Shown: positions 46,873 to 56,519, counted from the stretch's first letter. The stretch: DNA of 64,000 nt from Acidimicrobiia bacterium (GCA_029263095.1 JAJCYA010000043.1:2470-66469), one strand, 5' to 3'. The notes: generated by a model not told the origin, from the letters alone. Numbers and translations: made by a program.

Positions 46873-47343
46873 ATGACGACCCGAGCCATGGCCATTCGGT
46901 CCCTCGAAGAGCGCCCCGACGCGGCGGGGAGGCTGGCTGAATGGTTCGTGGCTGAGTGGCCCGACTACCACCGCGGTAGGTCGCTACCCGATGTTGCCTC
47001 GCGCTTTCGACTCGTACCCGATGTACAACAGACGCTCATCGCTGAGATCGACGGGGAGGTCGTCGGCACGGTCGCCCTGCGCGGGCCATGGGAGGTCGTT
47101 CCCGACATCCCGCCGCCCTGGATTGGGGGCTTGTACGTCGTTCCGCAACATCGCGGTGCGGGCATAGGAATGGCTCTCGTGGAAGCGGCCATTGCCGAGG
47201 CGGCCGGTGAAGGGCATGCCGATGTCCACATCTCGGTTCGGGTGGACCCTGCGTCGTACGTCCTGAGGGGTTGGCGGATAGTCGGAACCGTGTTCGCCGG
47301 CGATGAGAACGTGACGGTTCTGCGGATCGAGACCGGCATCTGA
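46873..47343 (+). CDS. GNAT family N-acetyltransferase
   Basis: 156 aa. Motif A VVPQHRGAGIGMALVEAAI. Confidence 0.7.
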   Translation: MTTRAMAIRSLEERPDAAGRLAEWFVAEWPDYHRGRSLPDVASRFRLVPDVQQTLIAEIDGEVVGTVALRGPWEVVPDIPPPWIGGLYVVPQHRGAGIGMALVEAAIAEAAGEGHADVHISVRVDPASYVLRGWRIVGTVFAGDENVTVLRIETGI

Positions 47344-47364
47344 ACCCGAAACGGCCGGAACCGA

Positions 47365-48366
47365 CTATTGAACGAGGCTGATCCGAGCGGCCAGCTCCTC
47401 GACCGCATCCTGGGAGGCGCGGCCGACGTCGTTGTCGGCCCGGGATCGGTAGCCGCGCTCCATCACCAACTTCTCGGCCAGGGTGACCAGGCCCACGAAG
47501 ACGATCCCGAGCAGAGCAGAGATGATGATCGATGCGTACAACTTCTCGGGTCCGCTGACGTAGTAGTAGGAGAACGTGAGCAGCGAACGACCCAGGCCGT
47601 CTCCGAGTCCGGCGGGCAGCTCTCCGATGATGGCGCCGATGACGCTGGCCGTCGCTGAGATCTTGAGTGCAGTGAATACGTACGGCAGAGAGGCAGGGAT
47701 TCGGAGTTTGGTGAGGATCTGAGTCTCGCTCGCCGCGTACGACCGCATCAACTCGACCGCCTTCGGGTCGGGTGAGCGAAGTCCTCGCAGCGAGTTGATT
47801 GTGACCGGGAAGAAGGTCAGGTACGCCGAAATGACCGCCACCGAGAACCCGATGTTGTCCAGGAAGAAGGCATTCACCAGGAAAGGAGGCCATGCTCCCG
47901 ATCCGCCCCAGATGACGATCATCGGCGCCAACGCGATCAGAGGAATCGTTTGCGAAGCCACTACGAAAGGCATCAACCCGCGCTCCACCAGGCGGGATCG
48001 GGCAAACAGTGCTCCTAATCCGAAGCCGGCCGTCGAGCCGAGAAGGAAGCCGACTGCGGCGCGATGCCAGGTGATGAGCGCGTTCTTGAGCAGCAGCACG
48101 ACCAGCAGGTCTGCGTTGCGGGCGGTGCTCACCGGACGGAAGAGCGACGACACGATGTCGGCGACGTGAGGCATCGAGGTGTCATCGGTCCGTACCGGGA
48201 GTCCGAAGTCGGTAAACGGGATCGTTCCTCCGGTTGCCTCGCCGATTGCCTTGTAGGCCTCCCACAGCAGAACGAGACCAAACAGGATTCCGCCGAAGAC
48301 GAGCGATTTGATAATCCAGCGGGGTAGTCGGCGCGGTGGGAGGAGGATGGGGGCGGCGACCGTCAC
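47365..48366 (-). CDS. ABC transporter permease, NitT/TauT (SsuC/ThiP-like) family; orphan, with no adjacent ATPase or binding protein
   Basis: 333 aa, 6 TM, with the EAA-type binding-protein-dependent transport motif region (LRGLRSPDPKAVELMRSYAASETQILTKLRIPASLPYVF). Confidence 0.8.
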   Translation of the reverse strand: MTVAAPILLPPRRLPRWIIKSLVFGGILFGLVLLWEAYKAIGEATGGTIPFTDFGLPVRTDDTSMPHVADIVSSLFRPVSTARNADLLVVLLLKNALITWHRAAVGFLLGSTAGFGLGALFARSRLVERGLMPFVVASQTIPLIALAPMIVIWGGSGAWPPFLVNAFFLDNIGFSVAVISAYLTFFPVTINSLRGLRSPDPKAVELMRSYAASETQILTKLRIPASLPYVFTALKISATASVIGAIIGELPAGLGDGLGRSLLTFSYYYVSGPEKLYASIIISALLGIVFVGLVTLAEKLVMERGYRSRADNDVGRASQDAVEELAARISLVQ

Positions 48367-48650
48367 GGCGGGGATGCTAGATGTGGCGGACGGCGCTCGC
48401 AGGGGTTGCTACCCATAGTGTGTCCAATTGGCGCCGGAGAGAGATTCGGCACCCTGTCCGACACCTGGTGATGCTCGGTGGCGACTCGCAGGAATGCCAA
48501 AGCATCGTTCCAGTCGGCGGTGGTACGGAAGGGAATCAGGAGGCGGTCGATGACCATCGCTATCGCGTTGAAGGTGCCCCACAGGTTGTCGATGGCTGTT
48601 GCCCACATCTGGTGATCGAACGTGGGCCAACCACGAGCGTCGAAGAGCAA
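48363..48650 (-). pseudogene. possible gene remnant / frameshifted ORF fragment upstream of the orphan permease
   Basis: All three minus-strand frames carry 73-95-aa ORF fragments across 48363-48814. The fragment MLFDARGWPTFDHQMWATAIDNLWGTFNAIAMVIDRLLIPFRTTADWNDALAFLRVATEHHQ has high third-position GC for ~60 codons, which then decays. Its stop overlaps the permease start. Confidence 0.3.
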
Positions 48651-48850
48651 CGGCCGGGTCGCCCCATCATTGAGGTCCCCACCAGGCGGAGGAAGTAGGT
48701 GGTGGCTGCCTTTGTCCCGGTGCCAGTGTTGGCACGAGCGTGGACTATTCCGTCGTCGACCCAGACGGTGACAGCTCTGGTGAGAATGGCACTACTTGGT
48801 GCTGCCATCGCCAAGCGGTGTCACACGGCCCGGCGGATCGACGTCAAGGG

Positions 48851-51379
48851 TTAGTCGCGGATCCTACCCCTGATGACCAGGACGACCTCAAGCGGCGTTC
48901 CACCCCTTGGATCGGTTGGGTGGAACTCGATGGTGATGTCACCAGCCTCGAATTCGGCAATCGTGAAGGTCGTCGTCACATTGGCACTCCAGGAGTCGTA
49001 CCGGTGATCGTCGTACGCGATGCACCCCGGACTCGCCGACCTGTCCCTCTGCCTGGCATGGAAGGAGACGGTCACGGTGACCTCCTCACCCCACATGTCC
49101 GTTGCGGTCCGAGTGTGCGCTCCCGGTCCGGGCCCGATGGTGTCTGGGAGGCAGCGTGTCCTCTCCTGCATCTCGAAGTCCACACCGTTGATCCCGACGG
49201 TATACCGATCCACCGAGGAGCCCAAGCCACCTGCCGTCCACACTGTGTAGGCCACGTCGTGTCCATCGGTCCACCCGGTGCCACGGAAGTAGGTGGCGCC
49301 GGGGTGCTCGGGGAGTCCCGGCGCCACGTCGGCGAAGGCGGCGCTATTGCCCGCTTCGTCCTCGACTTCGAGGACCACCGAGTACCGAGTCAGCAGGCAC
49401 AACCCGTCCAGCCGGAAGGAGTAGGTCTGCCTGAATCCTCCCGAGGCAAAACTCGGATCAGCGCCAGAGAGGCACGGCTCTCCCAGCAGGGACGCGGCCA
49501 GGCGGACGGGTCGGTCGAATTCGGCTGTGACTCGGAGCCCATCTTGCCCGTCGGCGTCAACGCCACTGGTGAGAGTGTCGATCCTGATCTGCGACGGAAG
49601 TCCTTCGGCCTCCTCAGGGAGCGGCTCAAACACGATGGGGGTTCCGGTTTGCCACCGGTCGCCGCCCCTGTCCGAGCCTTCCACGAAGAAGGCATGGACT
49701 ATCAGCAGCGGTCCCTGCTCGGCTTCCGTGGAGAGATTCACCTCGAAGGTCTGAAAGCCACGAGGCGAGGTTGGATCAAGGGAAAGAGCGAACTCACCTC
49801 GGTCGCCTCCAGGGGTGACGAAGGATCCGGTGGTGGGAATCCGAATCTGTCTGCCGCCGTAGTCGCACAGGGTGGGGTCGCCAGGCACGGCTAGAAACTC
49901 CCGAATGGTCATGTCGCTGGGCGGGATGGTCAGGCTGCGCAACTCCGATGCACATGACAGTCGGACCGTGTAGGAATCCGCCGCGAGGGCTCTGCCGGAG
50001 AGATTCTGGACGGCTTTGGCGGTGACGATTGCAGTAAGGCGGTTTGGCGTGGTGATCCACCGGCGCTCGCGCTCCACCACGACCGACCCGTCGAACGACC
50101 GGTCGGCAGATTCGAGCCACCAGATGCATACGAGGTAGGTCGAACCCTCCTCCAGGTCGATGACGTTGATGATCCGTTGCCGGTTGTACGCCGGATCGTA
50201 TGGCCACGACGGACTCGCCTCGTCGTAGGCGGTCTCGGAACCCCAGTCGAGCAGAATCCCGCTCTCTTCGGCGGGGAGCACCTCTCCGAAGCGGCCGTCC
50301 GCTTCAACCTCGGCACACGTCGTGGGGTCGCTGTGGTGGACGAGGCTGAGAGTCGCTGCCTGGGTGGCCTTTACCGGGATGAATGCTCGGATGGCGTTGT
50401 CGTCGAGCGGGTTCAACACCACCGGTGGCCGCGGCCCTTCTCTGATGTCGACGTTGTAGGTCTTCGAGGCAGTGACACCGGCGAAGCTGGTGGCATCCAC
50501 TTCGACGGCATATTGAGTCCAGGGGCCATCGGAGGGCACCAGGATGAAGCACTCTCGTGGCCACGGACTGGTGGCGAGCCGGCTCTCGGCCGCGTTGTCG
50601 GCGAACCGGAGGAACTCGGGGTGGTCGAAGTCGGCGTTGGAGACGGTCAGGGTGGTGGGAGGGCCGGCCCGGCTCGGAACCGGGTGGTACGTGATCTCGA
50701 ACTCGGCCGGGTGGTTTGCCCACAGGAACAGCGGTCGATCGCCCTCACCTGGCGTTCCGCAGGCCGATCCAGTCCCGGAGGCGTCCTTCAGTGTTGCGCC
50801 CAGCCGGAAATCGCCGAGCGATTCGAGGCCGCCGCCGAGCGGGGCCAGCACCGTACCTCCGACCCCGGCCGGACAGCCGGGTAGACCTGTGTCGTCGGCG
50901 CAGAAGTCGAGGAACCGAAATTGGGGGAATTCGAGGAACTCGAAGAAGAGATCTCCGGTAAAGAGTCCCTCGAATAGGGGATCGATCTCGACCGGCGCAA
51001 ACGGGTCCTCGCGCAGCGGAGCGACCGTCAGTTCGGTGCTGTCGCCAGAGCTGGCATCAGTGGTGCCATCACCGCCCTCCGTGGTTCCGCCACCGCTACT
51101 ACCTCTGGCAGCACCGCTGGCGACAAAGCTGCCGGAGTCGACCGGCACGTACCCGGCCTGAGCGGACTCGGGTGGCTGCACGAGATCGACCGGTGCATCT
51201 GAGTCGGTATCGGTGATCGGACTGGCGGCGAAGACCTCAATGGGGTCCCCCAGGGCTCCGGGAAGCCGTGGCTCTCCTCCGCCCTGATCGGTAAAGGAGT
51301 CGGCGGCGACGAGCCCGATCACCAGACTGGCGACAAACACCAGACCGGAGGTAAAACCGAGGAGCGTGTTGCGGTTCAT
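48851..51379 (-). CDS. large hypothetical secreted/membrane-anchored protein (~843 aa)
   Basis: N-terminal signal anchor LLGFTSGLVFVASLVIGLVAA. No recognisable catalytic motifs. The ATG at 51379 gives an ATGA overlap with the upstream gene's stop. Track start 51388 is the alternative. Confidence 0.6.
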   Translation of the reverse strand: MNRNTLLGFTSGLVFVASLVIGLVAADSFTDQGGGEPRLPGALGDPIEVFAASPITDTDSDAPVDLVQPPESAQAGYVPVDSGSFVASGAARGSSGGGTTEGGDGTTDASSGDSTELTVAPLREDPFAPVEIDPLFEGLFTGDLFFEFLEFPQFRFLDFCADDTGLPGCPAGVGGTVLAPLGGGLESLGDFRLGATLKDASGTGSACGTPGEGDRPLFLWANHPAEFEITYHPVPSRAGPPTTLTVSNADFDHPEFLRFADNAAESRLATSPWPRECFILVPSDGPWTQYAVEVDATSFAGVTASKTYNVDIREGPRPPVVLNPLDDNAIRAFIPVKATQAATLSLVHHSDPTTCAEVEADGRFGEVLPAEESGILLDWGSETAYDEASPSWPYDPAYNRQRIINVIDLEEGSTYLVCIWWLESADRSFDGSVVVERERRWITTPNRLTAIVTAKAVQNLSGRALAADSYTVRLSCASELRSLTIPPSDMTIREFLAVPGDPTLCDYGGRQIRIPTTGSFVTPGGDRGEFALSLDPTSPRGFQTFEVNLSTEAEQGPLLIVHAFFVEGSDRGGDRWQTGTPIVFEPLPEEAEGLPSQIRIDTLTSGVDADGQDGLRVTAEFDRPVRLAASLLGEPCLSGADPSFASGGFRQTYSFRLDGLCLLTRYSVVLEVEDEAGNSAAFADVAPGLPEHPGATYFRGTGWTDGHDVAYTVWTAGGLGSSVDRYTVGINGVDFEMQERTRCLPDTIGPGPGAHTRTATDMWGEEVTVTVSFHARQRDRSASPGCIAYDDHRYDSWSANVTTTFTIAEFEAGDITIEFHPTDPRGGTPLEVVLVIRGRIRD

Positions 51380-52305
51380 CCGAAACACTCTCCGATCTCG
51401 ATGGCCGTGACGTTGACCGCCACCGACGACTCGTTGCCCGAGGTGTCACGGGCCGTCATGGTCACCGTGAAGGTGTGATCGAACGGCGCCACCGAAACCG
51501 CTTCCCAAGTATCTGCCGGGTAGGGGCCCACCGTGGCCGTGTAGGTGTTGCCGCCGGCAGCCATTCCCACGTTGTGGGTTCCGAGGGCGTCGGTCCAACT
51601 GGCGGTGACGCTGGCGATGCCACCGTCGTCTGTGACGACGGCCAAGACGGTCGACTGGCGCGGCTCGGGCGGCGAGCAAGTGATGTTGAAGGCTCCACCG
51701 TCCAACTCCCAGATCGTCCCCGGACTGGCCTGCTGTTGCCCGATCGAGGGCGGGGTGGTGTCGGCGGCGACCGTGGTATTGGTGGGTGGCGGAGCCTGGG
51801 TGGTGGCTGTGGTCTCGGTCGTGGTCGGTGCTTCAGTGGTCACCGTTGTCTCGGGCGCTTCGGTGGTAGCGGTCGTCTCGGGTGTCGCGGTGGTGACGGT
51901 TGTCACTGCGGCGGCGACGGCTTCGACCGGAACGTTGCAGGCGAAGACCGGCAGATCGGTGGTGTCGCCGTCGGGGAGCACCTGGTGCGCTCGCATCCAC
52001 ACCCGAGTATTGGGAGCGTTCGGCGATCGGATCTCGGCCCAATCCCCCGATGCATCGCGCCCGGTGATGAAAACGCGATCACCCCGGGTAACCGTTCCTA
52101 GAGCGTCCCCGTCGGGGCAGTCGAAATAGGAGGCGACCGCCGCGTCGGCGAGAACGGCGGGCTCACCGACCAGGCTCGCCGCCCCGGTGAGACCGAGAAG
52201 TGCGCCGACGATCAGTCCGGCGATGACGGAGCCTCCCAGCAGGGTGGCGATGAGGTTCGCCGCGGCACCGCGTTCACTCACTTGTTCCCTCTCATGTCGA
52301 TTCAC
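51376..52305 (-). CDS. membrane-anchored protein with a bacterial SH3-like domain, Thr-rich linker and a C-terminal Ig-like region
   Basis: Cytoplasmic N-terminus, TM LIATLLGGSVIAGLIVGALLGLTG, then ASYFDCPDGDALGTVTRGDRVFITGRDASGDWAEIRSP...VWM resembling SH3b. TTVTTATPETTATTEAPETTVTTEAPTTTETTATT linker. Confidence 0.55.
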   Translation of the reverse strand: MNRHEREQVSERGAAANLIATLLGGSVIAGLIVGALLGLTGAASLVGEPAVLADAAVASYFDCPDGDALGTVTRGDRVFITGRDASGDWAEIRSPNAPNTRVWMRAHQVLPDGDTTDLPVFACNVPVEAVAAAVTTVTTATPETTATTEAPETTVTTEAPTTTETTATTQAPPPTNTTVAADTTPPSIGQQQASPGTIWELDGGAFNITCSPPEPRQSTVLAVVTDDGGIASVTASWTDALGTHNVGMAAGGNTYTATVGPYPADTWEAVSVAPFDHTFTVTMTARDTSGNESSVAVNVTAIEIGECFG

Positions 52306-52423
52306 CCGGTCGATGCATGAGCACGTCCAGATGGTTGACAGGTTCGACGAGTATCGCAGAACCGCCCTGATCGTGTAGGTGGCCCGGTCTCTGTTGGTTC
52401 TCCCCGTGGTCTAGGTTCATCCG

Positions 52424-53347
52424 ATGCGATTTGCGCTTCAGGCCGGCGGCGGAACGTACGCCGAGATACTCGACTGGGCCAGATTGGCCGAGGCCCACGG
52501 TCTGTCGGGTTTCGCCATCCCGGACCACTACGTTCGCGGTGGCGCCTACAACCTCGACAGTGAGGAGTCCGCGCTGGACGCCCTCGCCGTCATGTCCGGC
52601 TTGGCTCGCGACACCGAGTCGATAGAACTCTTCTTGTTGGTTTCCCCTGTTACTTGGCGCCATCCGGCCGTTCTCGCCAAAACCTATGCCACCATCGACG
52701 ACATGTCCGGTGGGCGGTTCACGCTTGGAGTGGGGACCGGCTGGCTCGAGAGGGAGCACCGGCTGTTTGGTCTCCCATTCCCTGAGACCGGGACGAGGTT
52801 CGCGATGCTCGAGGAGGCACTCCAGTATCTCCGCGCCGCCTTCTCCGATCCGCCTCAGTCGTTCCACGGTGAGCACTACGCCTTCGAGGCATTCGACATG
52901 AATCCGCGTCCCGACCTCAAGATCCTGGTGGGAGGAACCGGAGCAGTGAGGACACCCACTCTCGCCGGGCGCTACTGCAACGAACTCAACGCCTATCCGG
53001 CATCCGAAGAGGACTACGCAGCGAAGGTGCAAATCGCCCGGGACGCGGCGGCGGATGCAGGTCGCGACCCCGACGCTCTTCTCATCTCATCATCGGGGGT
53101 GCTCATTGCCGGTGATACAGATGAGGAGTACCGGGAACGCCTGGAGCGTTTTGCCGAGTCGATCGGGTCGCCGATGGAGGAGGTGGAGGAGGGGCTTCGG
53201 TTGCGCAATTCACCCCGGGGGACCTGGACGGAGGTGCGCGAGATACTCGCGGGCATGGAACGAGCCGGAATGGACCGGTTCTGGATCCAAGCCTGGGGCG
53301 ACAAGCCGGCCGACATCGGACGGGCACTCGATCGTCTCCGGCAGTAG
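52424..53347 (+). CDS. LLM-class (luciferase-like) flavin/F420-dependent oxidoreductase
   Basis: 307 aa with TIM-barrel LLM signatures (GFAIPDHY...LGVGTGW). Confidence 0.8.
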   Translation: MRFALQAGGGTYAEILDWARLAEAHGLSGFAIPDHYVRGGAYNLDSEESALDALAVMSGLARDTESIELFLLVSPVTWRHPAVLAKTYATIDDMSGGRFTLGVGTGWLEREHRLFGLPFPETGTRFAMLEEALQYLRAAFSDPPQSFHGEHYAFEAFDMNPRPDLKILVGGTGAVRTPTLAGRYCNELNAYPASEEDYAAKVQIARDAAADAGRDPDALLISSSGVLIAGDTDEEYRERLERFAESIGSPMEEVEEGLRLRNSPRGTWTEVREILAGMERAGMDRFWIQAWGDKPADIGRALDRLRQ

Positions 53348-53370
53348 CCGGGGCTGAGTGGCTACCTAAG

Positions 53371-53405
53371 CCACCTTGAGTGGCTGAAGTAGCCACTCAA
53401 GGTGG
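53371..53405 (+). other. perfect 15-bp-stem hairpin immediately after the LLM gene (no U-tract)
   Basis: CCACCTTGAGTGGCT-GAAGT-AGCCACTCAAGGTGG. Preceded by a partial copy, TGAGTGGCTACCTAAGCCACC, allowing alternative pairing. Confidence 0.5.
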
Positions 53406-53516
53406 TCGTTCCTGTTGCCGATAACGATTTCAGTTAGGGCGACCGCACGTCCCACTCCACTGGAACTGGAGGCACCCCTTCCTCCTACTCCTCCTACGGC
53501 GGTCATCCGGACTACA

Positions 53517-53558
53517 GCAGCCCCCGCCACGCACCCGGCGGGGGCTGCCTATTTCTCC
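53517..53558 (+). terminator. rho-independent terminator on the plus strand ~170 bp after the LLM stop
   Basis: GCAGCCCCCGCC-acgcaccc-GGCGGGGGCTGC followed by CTATTTCTCC. Confidence 0.5.
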
Positions 53559-53609
53559 AGCGGACGACTGGCCGTGGGTCGACGCTCGGCGTGGCCGAAT
53601 GGCACCTGG

Positions 53610-54479
53610 TTACGCGCCGCTGGCCGCCCGGTCGGCCAACGCCACCGCACCCATGAGTCCCGCCTCCTGGCCGAAACGGGGGAGAACCACCGCGGGGGTC
53701 TCCACGTAGCCACCGAGCACCTCGTCGAGGCGGGCTGCGACTCGATCAAAGAGGCCGGTCCGTTCCAGGACGCCGCCGCCGATGGCGATTACCTCCGGCG
53801 AGAGGACCGTCGTGATTTCGGCGAGTCCGTGGGCGAGGTAGTGGGTCTCGAGATCCCAAGCGGGGTCGTCGTCACCCAATTGGTCCGCAGGCTTGCCTGC
53901 CCGGCTACTGATCGCCGGCCCCGACGCCAGTCCTTCGAGACAGTCTGCGTGATGGGGGCAGGTGCTGCGGAGATCGTCATCGGGATGACGCGGTACCGAG
54001 ATATGGCCCATCTCGGGGTGACCTAGGCCGTGAAGTGGGGCACCGTCGATGATCACTCCGCCTCCGATCCCGGTGCCCACCGTCACATAGAGAGAGACCC
54101 GCGCCCCACGACCGGCACCCCAGCGCCACTCGCCGAGAGCCGCGCCGTTTACATCGGTGTCGAAGGCGGTCGGAGGGGGTGCGTCGAACTGGGCCGTTAG
54201 GTCCCCGCGGATATCAATACCGCTCCAACCCGGCTTGGGGGTGTCTCTGATCGACCCGGCAGCGAGGTCGAGTGGTCCAAAGGTGGCAATCCCCAAACCC
54301 TCCAACTCGTGTTGTGCAAGCCACTCAGCGATCGGTTGCAGCGCTTCGGCTGGACTGCCGGTGGTGGCGACGCGGAACCGGTCGAGAATCTGGGGCGCTC
54401 CACTGCCTGAGCAGCGCGCCACTGCTGCCAAGAACTTCGTTCCGCCGCCTTCCACTCCTCCCAGGAGTCGGTCCGTCAT
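53610..54479 (-). CDS. ROK-family sugar kinase (glucokinase/fructokinase-like)
   Basis: N-terminal ATP motif LLGGVEGGGTKF and the Zn-binding CxHxxCLE (CPHHADCLE). Confidence 0.85.
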   Translation of the reverse strand: MTDRLLGGVEGGGTKFLAAVARCSGSGAPQILDRFRVATTGSPAEALQPIAEWLAQHELEGLGIATFGPLDLAAGSIRDTPKPGWSGIDIRGDLTAQFDAPPPTAFDTDVNGAALGEWRWGAGRGARVSLYVTVGTGIGGGVIIDGAPLHGLGHPEMGHISVPRHPDDDLRSTCPHHADCLEGLASGPAISSRAGKPADQLGDDDPAWDLETHYLAHGLAEITTVLSPEVIAIGGGVLERTGLFDRVAARLDEVLGGYVETPAVVLPRFGQEAGLMGAVALADRAASGA

Positions 54480-54528
54480 TCGATCATCTTCTCATGTGTG
54501 AGGGTCGTCGAGACCGCGGCCTACGCTC

Positions 54529-55260
54529 TTGGTCATGATCGAGATCACACCGCGCATTCATCGACTCGGAACGAGCCACCACAACTTCTACATCTTTGTC
54601 GAAGGGGGGAAGGCGACCGTGATAGATGCCGGGTGCTCGAAGGAGTGGCCCAAGCTGATCGCAGGACTGGCGTCGATCGGACTCGGCTCGGAGGACGTCG
54701 AAGCGATCTTGGTCACCCACGCTCATGCCGACCACATCGGGTTTGGCCGCCAAGCTCAGAAGAACGGTGTGAGAGTCGAAGTCCACGGCGACGAAGAGTC
54801 GCGCGCTCTCGGCACCTACGAGGGCAAGGCCGCGATCAGCCCCACCGAACTACCACTGTGGAGGCCGGGCACCTGGAGTTTCCTCATCGCTCTCATGAGG
54901 GTCGGCGTTGCCAAGCAGCCACGGCTCAAATCGGTAGAAACATTCGGGGATGGAGAGGTGCTGGATCTGCCGGGCAAGCCGCGTGTGGTCCACACACCGG
55001 GTCACACCGAGGGACACAGTGCGTTCTTCTTCCCGGAGGCCCGGGTGGTCTTCACCGGTGATGCCCTCGCCACTCGCGATTTGCTTGGCAAGAGCCGCCT
55101 GGAGCTTCAGGTCATGCCGGACGCATTCCACAATGACCCCGCCCGCAATCGGGAGTCGCTCGGTCGACTCACCTCGCTCCGAGCCGATCTGGTACTCCCC
55201 GGCCACGGGCACCCCTTCGAGGGCACACCTGCCAAAGCGGTGGCGCAAGCTCTGGCTTGA
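54529..55260 (+). CDS. MBL-fold metallo-hydrolase
   Basis: HxHxDH motif (THAHADHIG) and downstream His/Asp ligands (HTPGHTEGH). Confidence 0.8.
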   Translation: MVMIEITPRIHRLGTSHHNFYIFVEGGKATVIDAGCSKEWPKLIAGLASIGLGSEDVEAILVTHAHADHIGFGRQAQKNGVRVEVHGDEESRALGTYEGKAAISPTELPLWRPGTWSFLIALMRVGVAKQPRLKSVETFGDGEVLDLPGKPRVVHTPGHTEGHSAFFFPEARVVFTGDALATRDLLGKSRLELQVMPDAFHNDPARNRESLGRLTSLRADLVLPGHGHPFEGTPAKAVAQALA

Positions 55261-55285
55261 GCCTTTGGTTCTGAGTCCGAACGCG

Positions 55286-55316
55286 TTCGGGGCGCCCCCT
55301 CATGGGGCGCCCCGAA
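55286..55316. terminator. perfect 13-bp-stem GC hairpin between the convergent MBL-hydrolase and ABC substrate-binding genes
   Basis: TTCGGGGCGCCCC-CTCAT-GGGGCGCCCCGAA. T-containing tract follows on the plus strand. Confidence 0.5.
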
Positions 55317-55337
55317 TCATTGCGCGATTTGTGTTGG

Positions 55338-56435
55338 CTAGTTGCCGCCCTCGTTGAGGGTGATCGCCGTCGGTACGTAACTGTTGCCCGTGGTGTCGAG
55401 GCCCTCATCGTTGAGCGTGTTCACCGCCCGTCCGGCGAGGTCGGTGCGAAACGCCCCGCTTCCCGGATCTGCTGTGATCACTCCCTCACTGGTGGCAACG
55501 TCGACCGTCTGATCCCACAGATCCTGATCGACCACACCAATACCGGCCGGCGATGGCCAGATCAGCTTGTTGATCTCGTTGAGCTGCCACGCCTGATGGC
55601 TGGCTCCCAAAGCGGGACCGTTGGCGAGGACGATGTCCACGCACTCCTGGAAGTTGTCACGACAGAAGATCCAGCCACGGAACGACGCGCGGAGGAATGC
55701 CCTGGCTGTGTCCTCATTGCCGTCCTCGGCCAGCCAGACGGCACTGACCCATATGGCGTCCTGAAGCATTGCCGTGCCGACGTCGTTGAAGTCGATGACG
55801 TTGAGATCACTCGGCTGGTACAGCGCACCCGTGTCCGGGTTTACCGCCTCGAGCACCTGGGCGTACTCGTTGTACGTCATCGCCTGCGCTGCATCGACCT
55901 CACGGTTGAGCAGCAGCGACATGTCGAATGGCTGCTGGATGAGGTTCACGTCTGCGACATCGAATCGATTGATGGCAGCCGTGAGCTCGAACTCGTTGCC
56001 AAAGCCCCAAGTTCCTACGGTCTTGCCGGCCCAATCACCCGGTGCCGAGATGCCCGAATCGGCCCATGAGACCTCGAGCGTGCCCGATCGCTGGAACACC
56101 TGGCCGATGTTCACCAGGCCGGCGCCTTCCTCGTTCGACACGAGTGCCTTTGGTACCCAGGCAAGGCCGAATTGGGCCTGACCGGAGGCGACCACCTGCT
56201 GTGGCACGATGTCAACGGCGCCTTCGAGAATCGTGACATCCAGTCCCTCATCCTCGTAGAAGCCCTGATCGACGGCTGCAAAGTACCCAGCGAACTGGGA
56301 CTGTGTCACCCACTGCAGCTGCAGGTTTATGGGCGTGAGTTCTCCCCCTCCAGCGTCATCGTCACCACATGCAGTAGCTACGAGCGCCAGAGCGGCCAAC
56401 ATTGCTACCAGCGTCCTAAAACGCGTTCCCTTCAC
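55338..56435 (-). CDS. ABC transporter substrate-binding lipoprotein, NMT1/THI5-like (ThiY/HMP-binding-like) family
   Basis: Signal peptide plus lipobox (LALVATAC), 365 aa, with an overall NMT1/SsuA-like periplasmic-binding pattern. Confidence 0.75.
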   Translation of the reverse strand: MKGTRFRTLVAMLAALALVATACGDDDAGGGELTPINLQLQWVTQSQFAGYFAAVDQGFYEDEGLDVTILEGAVDIVPQQVVASGQAQFGLAWVPKALVSNEEGAGLVNIGQVFQRSGTLEVSWADSGISAPGDWAGKTVGTWGFGNEFELTAAINRFDVADVNLIQQPFDMSLLLNREVDAAQAMTYNEYAQVLEAVNPDTGALYQPSDLNVIDFNDVGTAMLQDAIWVSAVWLAEDGNEDTARAFLRASFRGWIFCRDNFQECVDIVLANGPALGASHQAWQLNEINKLIWPSPAGIGVVDQDLWDQTVDVATSEGVITADPGSGAFRTDLAGRAVNTLNDEGLDTTGNSYVPTAITLNEGGN

Positions 56436-56519
56436 GATTTGCTCTCCCTCTCTGTCGAGCCGGTCCGGCTTGTGAGCAGGGAGAGTAAAGGACCGAGAGG
56501 AACCGTGCTGAGTGGGGGC

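Noticed and set aside
56436-56519. TPP riboswitch upstream of the NMT1-like binding-protein gene or the orphan permease (48367-48500)
   Set aside because: The conserved THI-element cores (CUGAGA, ACCUGAUCUGG..UAAUACC) are absent in both places. A GGGTGCC match at ~48440 is isolated.
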